Shown one piece after another: positions 48,298 through 57,697 of a DNA stretch of 64,000 nt. The position numbers and the translations under genes were made by a program. Below the pieces are notes generated by a model, which did no database searches, was not told where the DNA came from, and was given only the letters and a program-made list of their open reading frames with translations. The stretch comes from Candidatus Latescibacterota bacterium (GTDB lineage Bacteria; Latescibacterota; UBA2968; GCA-2709665), in the NCBI GenBank assembly GCA_965116875.1, contig OZ220733.1:288001-352000 (forward strand), in the 5' to 3' direction. How positions within the stretch are numbered: the first letter of the stretch is position 1; each line of letters begins with the position of its first letter.

Positions 48298-50649
48298 CTA
48301 TTGCCGTATGTCGAAAGTGATGGCCGCCCTGCCCGACTGCCCGCTGTTTTCGTCGGTTACCGTAATCCTCAGCATCTGCCTTCCCGGAACAGTCGCTCCC
48401 ATGTCCAGCTCGAGGTACGCCGGTTCATCCGTCCGGGTTCCGACATGCTCGTATTCGATGCTGATGACATTGCCGTCCTCTCGCTGCCCGATCAACCGCC
48501 CCAGCCCACTCAATATCCGTGCACCCACGTCTGTCCTGCGCAAGGACCGAATCTGGTACGAAATGCGATATCGCGTCGCCCCGAATTCGTCTCGTGCGAG
48601 GTTGTAAATTTCGTAATAGATGAACACCGGTTCGCCAGGCCGGTACGCCCGGGACGCCATAGGAATGACTTCGATATCGCCCTTTACGAAACGTCCGCGA
48701 TCGGCCACGTCGATTCGCGCGCCCATTTCCACTTCACTCAGTGAAAGCGGCCCCGCGGGGTACGCCTTCAGAATGCGATCTTCCCTGTATATCTGAGTCC
48801 TGCCCGAATTGCGGTCCATCACCTGCACGTCCACCCGGTAGGCGCCCGGCGGCAACAGCACGCGATCGATCTCCGGAATAAATACCCCGGCAGAGGTATC
48901 CACGACCCCGGAAGCCCGCAGGACCATCTCGGCGTCGGAACGATGTACGAGCCTGTTGTCGCCGTCGTAGACTGCAACGCCCCGGACGAGGTTCGCCAGC
49001 CGCCCGGCGACGCCATCGAGAAACGCAAGATCCCGGGTTGGAATCCCGTAATAGACCTCCATCGCCGACTTGTCGTCCTCACCCCGAAACGAGGCCGTAT
49101 AGAAAAAGAAATCCAGCGGTCCCGTCGCAAAGGTGGGCCGGTAGGCGGTCGGCTGCCGGGCCACCTGATTGAGCAATACGGTCTTCGGGTTCATTCTCTG
49201 CCAGATTCTTGTGATCCGACCGGTGCCCAGCGGCATTCTGGCGAACTCGTACGGTCCGGGAAAATTGGGCTGCACGAATGTCATTTCGATTCCCGATCCT
49301 ACGTTGACGTAGATCCAGTACTCCCATATTCCGCTAACAGGATACACCGGCCGACCCAGTATGGATGACTTGGCCACGTCCCCAAGGGATCGGGCTTCGT
49401 CTTTCATCAGCTTTGCCCCCGCTGCCCCTGCCGACACAGTCAGGCGATCCTTCACAACCAGCACCCGGGGGTCCGTCTCGAACCTGACGTCTCCGGACCG
49501 GCTGACGTGATCCGGTTCCCCGAAACGCACGTATACTTCCCCGCGATCGTCCCACGGGAACTTGTGCTTTCCATGGTTCTCCCGCGCCACGGCCACGCGG
49601 CGGTAGTGCTCGACCAGCCGCTCGTTTGCCGCGGATGCCGGCGCCGGGTCCTGCCAGACCCAGAATTCCTCAGCCGCAGCCTTGAGTTCGTCCAGAGATT
49701 CGGCGCCGGAATCGTCTGCGGCATTGGATACCAGGCTCAGGTCGTAATACAGCCGCTGCTCGTCAGGTTCCAGACGGTTGATATAGGCTTCGAACAACGC
49801 CTGCGACCGTTCGAAGTCCCGGCGCCTCTGGTGAATATTCGCCAGTTCCAGAACCGCCCGTCGCTCGTGGCGGTTCGGTTTCTGGACAACCGGTCTCAAT
49901 TCAACAATGGCCCGGTCGGTTCGGCCCTGCATTTTGAGGACGATCCCAAGCCGTAACCGGGCCTCGTAGTGGTGTGGATTCACCGAAATCTGACTCAGGA
50001 ATGCCTTTTCGGCCTTCCCGTACTCGCCCTTCGCTTCTTCAATCACGCCGATCCGAAACAGCGCGTCCGGGTGGCCGGAATCCATCTTGACAACCTTGCG
50101 GTAGGCGCCGAGCGTCTCACTGCTGCCGAATCGCCGATACGTCTCCGCCAGATTGTACTGCGCTTCGACATAGGCTTTATCCGCCCGCAGCGCATTACGG
50201 AACGCATCGATCGCCCGGCGAAGCGATTTTGGCCGGCGCCCCAGAACGAGGCCCAGGCCGTTGAAGGCGGGAGCAAAACGTTTCTTCTTGCGAAGCGCCT
50301 GCCGGAACATTGCTTCCGCGGCATCCAGGTCACCCCGTGCAAGATGGATGTGCCCGAGGCCCACATAGGAAGGCGCGTGTTTGTTGTATGCGTTTATGGC
50401 CGACTGGAACAGTTCGGCCGCTTGCCCGGATGCCCCTTCCGCCTCCTTTGCGACAGCCTGGCTGTAAAGCGCCTCGGCGCGGGCAAGGGCTTCGTTGTCT
50501 TTGGCTTGCATCTGCGCCGGGCCGGCAAGCGTAAAAGACACGCACAACACGAGCAGCCATCCCTGTCGTTTCACCACCCGCCCCCATGGCGCTATGACAC
50601 GTGTGAAGGGGATCTGCATGATTTCAGTGCCCGGAAGTTGCGTACTCAT
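48298..50649 (-). CDS. GWxTD-domain protein with N-terminal TPR repeats
   Basis: FW..QDP.P....NERLVEHYRRV...WDDRGEVYVRFGEPD; N-terminal TPRs; start uncertain. Confidence 0.82.
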   Translation of the reverse strand: MSTQLPGTEIMQIPFTRVIAPWGRVVKRQGWLLVLCVSFTLAGPAQMQAKDNEALARAEALYSQAVAKEAEGASGQAAELFQSAINAYNKHAPSYVGLGHIHLARGDLDAAEAMFRQALRKKKRFAPAFNGLGLVLGRRPKSLRRAIDAFRNALRADKAYVEAQYNLAETYRRFGSSETLGAYRKVVKMDSGHPDALFRIGVIEEAKGEYGKAEKAFLSQISVNPHHYEARLRLGIVLKMQGRTDRAIVELRPVVQKPNRHERRAVLELANIHQRRRDFERSQALFEAYINRLEPDEQRLYYDLSLVSNAADDSGAESLDELKAAAEEFWVWQDPAPASAANERLVEHYRRVAVARENHGKHKFPWDDRGEVYVRFGEPDHVSRSGDVRFETDPRVLVVKDRLTVSAGAAGAKLMKDEARSLGDVAKSSILGRPVYPVSGIWEYWIYVNVGSGIEMTFVQPNFPGPYEFARMPLGTGRITRIWQRMNPKTVLLNQVARQPTAYRPTFATGPLDFFFYTASFRGEDDKSAMEVYYGIPTRDLAFLDGVAGRLANLVRGVAVYDGDNRLVHRSDAEMVLRASGVVDTSAGVFIPEIDRVLLPPGAYRVDVQVMDRNSGRTQIYREDRILKAYPAGPLSLSEVEMGARIDVADRGRFVKGDIEVIPMASRAYRPGEPVFIYYEIYNLARDEFGATRYRISYQIRSLRRTDVGARILSGLGRLIGQREDGNVISIEYEHVGTRTDEPAYLELDMGATVPGRQMLRITVTDENSGQSGRAAITFDIRQ

Positions 50650-50944
50650 ATGCAGGGAAACCGAACGCCGGGTTTAGCGGCCGGGAATGCGGTTCCTCGT
50701 ACGGATTGCTTTTCGTGCCTTGCAGCCGGCGCCGAACAATGCCGCCGCCGCGGGCTAATGATACAAAAAATCCTCGGAAAACACAAGCTCGGCCCCCCGC
50801 AATATCGTACTGCGTCTGCCTGTTCAATACGTTCGTGCAGGTTCCGAATTATTCCCGGTCCACTGCATTGCGCGGAGGTTTGACCCGTCGATGAGCGCGA
50901 CTCGCATCCATAGCGTCAGTCCCCCTGGAACCGCCAGCCGCAGG

Positions 50945-51874
50945 CTACCGCGAAACGCCACGGCCCGCTCCTTCATGTATGCGAAGTCCGATCGTTTCCA
51001 GATGTATCTCCAGGAATCTCATAAACGCCGCGGCCGCCCGTGAGAGACGCCCCCCGTCGCGGCGCACCATACCCACCCGGCGCACCGGAAGCCCCGTCAC
51101 TCGAATCGCGGTCAACCTGCCCGATCTCACCTCATCGCGAACCGATACTTCGGGTACGACTGCGACTCCAAGGCCGATTTCAACGAAGCGCTTGATCACT
51201 TCAATGCTGCCCAGTTCCATGATGACGTGCGGCTGGAGTCCCTCCGCTGCGAACATCCGGTCCATCAGACCTCTGCTGGTACTGCCTCGCTCCAGCATCA
51301 ACATCGCACAGTCGCCGAGCTCATGCAGATCGACCGTTTCCGCCGACGCCAGACGATGCGCCGCACTGGAAATGGCTACGTCTTCTCTGATGAACAGCGG
51401 CCGCGTCCGCACCCTTGGTTCCGTTACCGGAAGCGTTGCCAGTCCGAAATCCACAGCGCCCTCCAGTACCAGCCGCACCACCTCAGGGGACATACGGTCG
51501 GTGAGGCGGATTTCGACTCCCGGATGTGCCTGTCGGAAGGCTTTAACGGCGGGCGGCAGGACATAGGCGCAGTTCGTATCGCTGGTTCCAATGCTCAGTC
51601 GCCCCGTGCGAAGCTGCCCGATGTCCGCCATGTCCTGACGGATCCGATCGGCCATTTCCAGAATGGCCTCGGCACGCGCGAACAGAAGCCGACCCGCCTC
51701 GGTCAACAGAATCTGCTTGCCGCGCCGTTCGAACAGGGCTTCGCCGAGTTCGTCTTCAAGCGCCTTCACCTGAAGACTCACCGCCGGCTGCGTCAGGAAC
51801 AGCTTCTCCGCTGCTCGAGTGAAGCTCTTTTCGCGCGCGGTTTCGACAAATCCCCTAAGCCGATCCAGATCCAT
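50945..51874 (-). CDS. LysR family transcriptional regulator
   Basis: SFTRAAEKLFLTQPAVSLQVKALEDELG HTH, LTEAG, substrate-binding domain. Confidence 0.95.
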   Translation of the reverse strand: MDLDRLRGFVETAREKSFTRAAEKLFLTQPAVSLQVKALEDELGEALFERRGKQILLTEAGRLLFARAEAILEMADRIRQDMADIGQLRTGRLSIGTSDTNCAYVLPPAVKAFRQAHPGVEIRLTDRMSPEVVRLVLEGAVDFGLATLPVTEPRVRTRPLFIREDVAISSAAHRLASAETVDLHELGDCAMLMLERGSTSRGLMDRMFAAEGLQPHVIMELGSIEVIKRFVEIGLGVAVVPEVSVRDEVRSGRLTAIRVTGLPVRRVGMVRRDGGRLSRAAAAFMRFLEIHLETIGLRIHEGAGRGVSR

Positions 51875-51958
51875 CTGTCAGTACCCCACAGTGCTGCGGA
51901 GACAAATCGCAAAAAGCAGGTGGCTTTGCCTTCCCGCCGTGAGACCTTGCAAGATTGC

Positions 51959-52024
51959 ATAAAAATATAATATAATAAAAATAATATTAATAAATTTTTT
52001 TTATCTTAAGAGATCTGTTATGGT
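51959..52024. promoter_or_regulatory. LysR operator (two T-N11-A boxes) and extended -10 for purA
   Basis: AT-only patch: ATAAAAATATAATAT (51959-51973), ATAAATTTTTTTTAT (51990-52004), then TGTTATGGT. Confidence 0.65.
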
Positions 52025-52101
52025 TTACCCGGCCCGCCTATCCATACGGAACGGGTCAATTCAATAGATTCCAGGGACCATGCCCGATATGGAGGTGCAA
52101 T

Positions 52102-53112
52102 GTGAGCGCAACCCTCGTTGTAGACGCGTTCTGGGGAGATTCCGGCAAAGGAAAAATCGCCGCCTTTACCGCCCTCAAACAGGAAGCCGCCTTCTGTGTA
52201 CGCGCAGGAACCGGCACCAACGCCGGCCACAGCATATACTTCGAAGACGGCTCTGAAATCCGTACGCATCAACTGTGCTGCGGTTGGTTACACCCTCGCA
52301 CGCAGCTTCGGATAGGTAGTGGCGTCGCGTTAGACCCTGAAATATTCCTCCGTGAAATCCACAGATACGAACTCGCCGACCGTGCCCGCGTGGATCTGCG
52401 GTGTCCGGTGATCGCGCCCGAACATCGGGCACGCGAGGCACGGGACACGCATCTTGCCGTCAACGTGGGCAGCGTATGCAGCGGCAGCGGCGCCGCCAGA
52501 GCCGACTTTGTCAAACGCAGGGCGCGGCAGGCCAGAGACATCCCCGAACTGAAGGATTACCTCACCGACGTACCGCGAGAGATCAACACGGCATGCACGG
52601 AGGGTCGCGCTGTTGTCATCGAATCCAGCCAGGGAACCCACCTGTCCCTTTCGCTGACTGCCGACTACCCGTTCTGCACGTCCGGCAATTGCACCGCCGT
52701 CGCCGCAGCGGACGATTCAGGCCTTAACTGGCAGTACATAAAGGACGTCATCCTGGTGGTCAAGGCGGTACCCAGCCGGGTAGGGGCGGGCCCGTTGCCG
52801 TTTGAGATTTCTGAAGCTGAACAGGACCGGCTTGGTATCGTCGAATACGGCGTCACGACCGGGCGGCGCCGCAGAAAAGCCCACCGCATTTCTTGGCGGC
52901 ACCTTGAAGAGGCAGCAATGCTTAATGGTCCCACGCAGATTGCCCTCACGTTCTGCGACCACCTTGATCCTGACGTGCGGGGCGCCCGCACCAGGGACGC
53001 CCTCACGGATCCCGTGTGGAAGTTGATTCGTGATGTTGAATCGCACACCGGCGTACCGGTAACGACTGCTGAAACGGGCAAGTTTTTCGGTGATATCGTA
53101 GACCTGACCTGA
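52102..53112 (+). CDS. purA: Adenylosuccinate synthetase, short archaeal-type, divergent
   Basis: WGDSGKGK, GTNAGHS, SQG, YPFCTS, RVGAGP, EYGVTTGRRRR; 336 aa; RBS GGAGG. Confidence 0.85.
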   Translation: MSATLVVDAFWGDSGKGKIAAFTALKQEAAFCVRAGTGTNAGHSIYFEDGSEIRTHQLCCGWLHPRTQLRIGSGVALDPEIFLREIHRYELADRARVDLRCPVIAPEHRAREARDTHLAVNVGSVCSGSGAARADFVKRRARQARDIPELKDYLTDVPREINTACTEGRAVVIESSQGTHLSLSLTADYPFCTSGNCTAVAAADDSGLNWQYIKDVILVVKAVPSRVGAGPLPFEISEAEQDRLGIVEYGVTTGRRRRKAHRISWRHLEEAAMLNGPTQIALTFCDHLDPDVRGARTRDALTDPVWKLIRDVESHTGVPVTTAETGKFFGDIVDLT

Positions 53113-53222
53113 TTACGCGACGATTGTACTCAAAACAGGGGGCGGGTTTCCAATGGAAGATCCGCTCCATAGCGCTCCGGACCTTGACTTCGTGCGTGAT
53201 CAACACGGGTGGCGGGCGGGAA

Positions 53223-53519
53223 TCAAACTGCACTGTCACGCGCGCTGCGGATGATTTCCAGCCAGGTCGATTCATAGTCTGCAAGCGCCCCATGCCAGGC
53301 GTCTTGATTTCCGGCGCCACGCCGGAAATCCAATGCCAGACTGTCGACAGTCCGCTCGGCCGCGTCTATGCTGGCCAGTCGCTCCGCATCCAGTGCAGGC
53401 GAGGCGAGGCCGTTGATTTCGGTCTGTATGCGTTTCACAACCCGTCGAAAGTCGTCGCTCAAGCGCGTGAACGCCGCCCCGCCGGTGAACCCTTCGTTCC
53501 TCCCAACGCGATTTGACAT
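53223..53519 (-). CDS. Small helical hypothetical protein (98 aa)
   Basis: AGGAGG RBS before ATG 53519; amphipathic helical sequence. Confidence 0.6.
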   Translation of the reverse strand: MSNRVGRNEGFTGGAAFTRLSDDFRRVVKRIQTEINGLASPALDAERLASIDAAERTVDSLALDFRRGAGNQDAWHGALADYESTWLEIIRSARDSAV

Positions 53520-53837
53520 TTGGGACCTCCTGGTATGGATCCTGAAATATGACCTCGTTTCCGCACTCTTGTATAATCGATGCATAATAAACAAATGTGC
53601 AGTTGTCAATGGAGGGCAAGACGCCTGTTCGCGGTTGGTAAGCGGCAGTTTTCAGTTCCCCATTGGTCGTGCGCCGGCCGGCCAACGGGAGCGATTCTGC
53701 ATACTCATGTGAATTAACTTTACAGCGGCTGATTCTCTCCCATATATTGGATGTCTGACGAGGCGCGTCTTTGGCGGGGCAGGAACTGAAATCGTATGGG
53801 CCGTACGAGAAATGCAATTCGTGAAAGGAGACGTGTG

Positions 53838-55358
53838 ATGTTCAGCCTGACTCGCAGTTGGTTCATCCTATCGATCGCGGCGGGACTGGCGTGGGGCTGC
53901 GCCGGCGAACGCCTGACCCCCTCGTCCAACCCTCCGCCAGAGCAGAATGCGGGAGAGCGTCTGGGCAAACTGGCAGTCAATGGTAACGTGGCATCGGCGA
54001 TCGCGGTCGCCCGTCTCCGGCAGGACCGGACTCCGGTAAACGGCGCCACCGTTTCGTTCTCACGGTCGGTCTCGGGAAAGAGCGCCAACTTCGAGTGGAC
54101 CGGTACGACGGATGGACGCGGGCAGGCGCGAGTGACGCTCGAAGAGACACAATCGGGCGGATACTATCGCGCGGAGGCACGGAAGGGCGGGTTCCTGATT
54201 GGATCCTGGTCGAGCATCCCGATAAACCGCGGCTTCCAGGTCACCGTTGAACTGCAGGCAGGCGAAAAAGCACGCGTCACGGGCGCAACCGTACTGACGA
54301 CAGGCGGTCTTCCGGAAGAAATCGAAATTGGCGTCGTTGCGCCCCTCACGGTCAGGCAGACACAATACGGTGTGGGCATTGAAAGCGGCCTGGCGCTCGC
54401 ACTCGGCGAAATCAACAGCACATCGATGCTCGGGGGCGCGAGAATCGTGTTCAAGACGGAGGACTCCCAAGGCATGGCGCAGGGCGCCGTCGACGCGTTC
54501 AACAAGCTCATTTTTCACGATTACGTGCCCGTCATCCTTGGCCCCGCTCTCTCCACCGAAGCCAGAGAGGCATTTCCACTCGCGCAGCAGAACCATGTCG
54601 TCGCATTCAGTACGACCTCTGCCGCTTCCGGCCTGAGCGCGATTGGCGACTTTATCTTCCGCGCCAGTCTGAGTGTCGACGTACTTATCCCCGGAGGCGT
54701 TTCGCTTACTCGCGAGAAGCTGCGATACGGGCGGGTGGCCCTGATGGTCGACTCCACGGACGTCTTTTCCAAAAGCAGCGACGATGCGCTGCAAGGCGCC
54801 CTCGCCAGGGAGGGTGTCGAAGTTTTGGCGAGAGAAACGTTCGGGACGGACGATACGTCGTTTGTCGATCAACTGGCAAGAATAAGGGCTTTGAATCCGC
54901 ATGCGGTCTTCGTTTCCGCCCTGTCCCGGCAACGCGTTCAGAGTCTGGTCCAGGGCCGTCGTGGGGGCATTCCGGGCAACATTCCCTTTATCGTTCCGGG
55001 TCTGACCCAGGACGAAGTCCGGGATGCCGGCGATGCCGCCGAGGGTGCGATCGCCATTACCGGCTGGACGGCTGCGGCAACCACATCGGGGAATCAATCC
55101 TTCGTTGACGATTATCTCACGAAATTCGGTTCGGAACCGAATCGGTGGGCCGCGCAGTCGTACGCCGCGCTATATGTACTCACCGAGGCGATTGCAAAGG
55201 CCGGGTCCACGGATCCCGGCGCCATTCGGGACGCGATGGCCGGCGTTTCGGATCTGGATACCGTTCTGGGTCGATTCTCATTCGACCGCAACGGGGACGC
55301 GGTCTACGACCCTGTCGTTCTGGTCGTGAGAAACGGTACGTTCGAGGTTTACGAGTGA
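53838..55358 (+). CDS. Lipoprotein: N-terminal beta-sandwich domain fused to LivJ/LivK-type ABC substrate-binding domain
   Basis: Lipobox LAWGC; IEIGVVAPLT, LGPALS, GDFIFRAS, AAQSYAA, LGRFSFDRNGDA; RBS AAGGAG. Confidence 0.85.
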   Translation: MFSLTRSWFILSIAAGLAWGCAGERLTPSSNPPPEQNAGERLGKLAVNGNVASAIAVARLRQDRTPVNGATVSFSRSVSGKSANFEWTGTTDGRGQARVTLEETQSGGYYRAEARKGGFLIGSWSSIPINRGFQVTVELQAGEKARVTGATVLTTGGLPEEIEIGVVAPLTVRQTQYGVGIESGLALALGEINSTSMLGGARIVFKTEDSQGMAQGAVDAFNKLIFHDYVPVILGPALSTEAREAFPLAQQNHVVAFSTTSAASGLSAIGDFIFRASLSVDVLIPGGVSLTREKLRYGRVALMVDSTDVFSKSSDDALQGALAREGVEVLARETFGTDDTSFVDQLARIRALNPHAVFVSALSRQRVQSLVQGRRGGIPGNIPFIVPGLTQDEVRDAGDAAEGAIAITGWTAAATTSGNQSFVDDYLTKFGSEPNRWAAQSYAALYVLTEAIAKAGSTDPGAIRDAMAGVSDLDTVLGRFSFDRNGDAVYDPVVLVVRNGTFEVYE

Positions 55359-55387
55359 AACGAACGATTTGCAGGAGGGGAGAGACG

Positions 55388-56212
55388 ATGAGCGAGATGC
55401 CGATCGGCGTCATGATGAGCGCAGGATGGACCCTCGACCAGCTCAGACAGGTGCGGGACCTGGGCTTCGACAACGTGCAGATTCACGCACCGCATGAGGA
55501 CGTCCTGGAAGATTCACACGGTCGTGCCGCGCTGATAAGGGACATACACTCCGTGGGCATTCAGATAACCACCGTATTCGCGGGATTTTCAGGAGAGAGT
55601 TACGCCGATATTCCCACGGTCCGGGATACGGTGGGATATCTCAATCCGTCCCTGAGAGAAGAACGCATGAAGATCACCGAGCGTATCTCCGACTTCGCGG
55701 CTGCGCTCGGCGTTGACAAGGTGGCCGCGCATATCGGCTTCGTCCCGGAAGATTCGGATCACCCGGACCACCACGCAATGGTCCAGTGTGTACAAAGGCT
55801 GGCCGACTATTGCGGACGAAACGGGCAGCACTTCTGCCTGGAAACCGGCCAGGAGACGGCCGACGCGCTGCGCCACTTTCTCGAAACGCTGAATCGCGAT
55901 AACGTAGGCGTCAACTTCGACCCCGCGAATATGATCCTCTACGGAAGCGGCGAGCCGATCGAGGCCCTGGGAATTGTGGCCGGTTACGTCGTCAGTGTTC
56001 ATGCGAAAGATGGCAAGTGGCCGCCGGGAGAAGGGCAACTGGGCACGGAATTCCCCCTGGGAAGCGGCGACGTGGGCATGGACCGCTTCATTGCCAAACT
56101 CAAACAGATCGGTTATCGAGGTCCGATCACGATGGAACGGGAAATTCCGGACTGGGACCGGAAGGTGAGGGATCTGGTTCAGGGAAGAAATCTCCTGAAG
56201 TGCCTGATTTAG
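55388..56212 (+). CDS. Sugar phosphate isomerase/epimerase (xylose isomerase-like TIM barrel)
   Basis: LETGQE, VNFDPAN, VHAKDG, LGSGDV, YRGPITMERE. Confidence 0.88.
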   Translation: MSEMPIGVMMSAGWTLDQLRQVRDLGFDNVQIHAPHEDVLEDSHGRAALIRDIHSVGIQITTVFAGFSGESYADIPTVRDTVGYLNPSLREERMKITERISDFAAALGVDKVAAHIGFVPEDSDHPDHHAMVQCVQRLADYCGRNGQHFCLETGQETADALRHFLETLNRDNVGVNFDPANMILYGSGEPIEALGIVAGYVVSVHAKDGKWPPGEGQLGTEFPLGSGDVGMDRFIAKLKQIGYRGPITMEREIPDWDRKVRDLVQGRNLLKCLI

Positions 56213-56461
56213 TGTTCTGTCCCCAAAAACCCTCACCAGTCGACCGCCGACGTCCTGCACGCGCGCCCGCAAAAACGCCCTCTCTCCGCGGAGTAACCTT
56301 TTGGTGGGAGGGAAGGTCCAAAAGGACAACGACGGCAGAAAGGGCGTTTCTGTGTAGGTATACGTCTGCGCGAGGCCAAAGTTTCAATATAAAGCGTCTG
56401 CCGACGGAATGACCGTCCGGGTCGTTTCCCGCCGTCGTATCGTACCTCTTGCCGAACAGGT

Positions 56462-57631
56462 CTACGGCGTGACGACAAGGATCCGATCGTCGTCCGTACG
56501 CGGCTGACCGCGCCCGTCCCGGTTGCTGGTGGCGAGGTATACTTCGCCCCGCGGTCCTACCAGCACGTCCCGCAGCCGACCGAAACGACCATTGAACAGA
56601 TTCTCGCGGCTTGTCGCACGCAGACCGTCTGATGAAAGGCCAATACGCCAGAGCGCCTGCCCCTTCAGCGTCGTGAACAGAAGGCTGCCTTTCCAGGCCG
56701 GAATCAGGTCCCTGGTGTATATATCCGCGCCCGCAGGCGCGATTGTCGGTGTCCATACCGCGAGCGGTTCCACGACATTGTTTGACGAGCAAAATGCGGT
56801 CTCCCCCGTCAATACGTCATTGTCACAGAGCCCTCGCACATTCGGCCAGCCGTAATTCCCTCCCCGCACGATCAGGTTTACTTCGTCGTTATCCAGTGGG
56901 CCGTGTTCCGTACTGTAGAGTCTCCCGCTCGACGGGTGAAACACGAGGCCCTGAGGATTCCGGTGTCCCAGGGAATAAACCTCCGTGCCGAACGGATTAT
57001 CCTCGGCTGGTTTTCCATCCAGGTCCAGTCGCAGAACTTTCCCCGCCAGAGAATGAAGATCCTGCGCGAGAACCGGCGATTGCGCGTCGCCGGTTGTGAG
57101 ATACAGCAGGTTGTCGGGACCGAACGCGAGGCGCGAGCCGTCGTGATTGGGTGCTCCCGGTATGCCATTCAACAGGACTTCAGGCTGGGCAAGCTCCGTT
57201 CCGTCATATCCCATCCGAACCAGGCGGTTTCGAATTCCGTCGCCCGTATTGTACGAATAAACCGCAAACAAGAATGGCTGACTCTCGAAATCCGGGTGGA
57301 AGGCGATCCCCATCAACCCGCTCTCGCTCAACTCGAACGCGCCGATTTGTCCTGCACGGACGATTGCGCCCGTCGTCGTATCCACCCTGGAAATCGTACC
57401 CGCGCGTTCACTCACCCAGATGTGGTCGTCCGGCCCCCAGGCCAGGTCCCAGGGCGTGTCCAGGCCGGTAGCCAGCGTCCGAACCGTGAACCCATCCACC
57501 CTGTTGTCGGGCGCCGGCCCGCCGCCGTTGTCGGTGACTGGACTCTCCGGCTGGGAATCGTTGGCGCCCCTTCCACATCCCGCAATCACAGATATCGCGA
57601 GCAATACCGCTGTGATTCGGCGACCCGCCAT
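56462..57631 (-). CDS. PQQ-dependent glucose/sorbosone dehydrogenase family lipoprotein
   Basis: Lipobox IAGC; LDTPW, GLMGIAFHPDF, HDGSRLAFGPD, GHRNPQGL, EHGP, NYGWP, GRLRDV. Confidence 0.92.
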   Translation of the reverse strand: MAGRRITAVLLAISVIAGCGRGANDSQPESPVTDNGGGPAPDNRVDGFTVRTLATGLDTPWDLAWGPDDHIWVSERAGTISRVDTTTGAIVRAGQIGAFELSESGLMGIAFHPDFESQPFLFAVYSYNTGDGIRNRLVRMGYDGTELAQPEVLLNGIPGAPNHDGSRLAFGPDNLLYLTTGDAQSPVLAQDLHSLAGKVLRLDLDGKPAEDNPFGTEVYSLGHRNPQGLVFHPSSGRLYSTEHGPLDNDEVNLIVRGGNYGWPNVRGLCDNDVLTGETAFCSSNNVVEPLAVWTPTIAPAGADIYTRDLIPAWKGSLLFTTLKGQALWRIGLSSDGLRATSRENLFNGRFGRLRDVLVGPRGEVYLATSNRDGRGQPRTDDDRILVVTP

Positions 57632-57697
57632 CTTGCGTCTCTTTTCCCGTCGTGCACAACCCTTTCGACCACAAGGTGCGCGGTCTGAATGGGTACG

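Noticed and set aside
51955-52010. AT-only patch as a replication origin or foreign DNA
   Set aside because: Only about 50 bp, no DnaA boxes or iterons; explained by LysR T-N11-A sites
52102-53112. PurZ/PurZ0 of a Z-genome pathway
   Set aside because: Catalytic Asp is retained (GD, not GS) and there are no mazZ, datZ, polymerase or phage genes nearby
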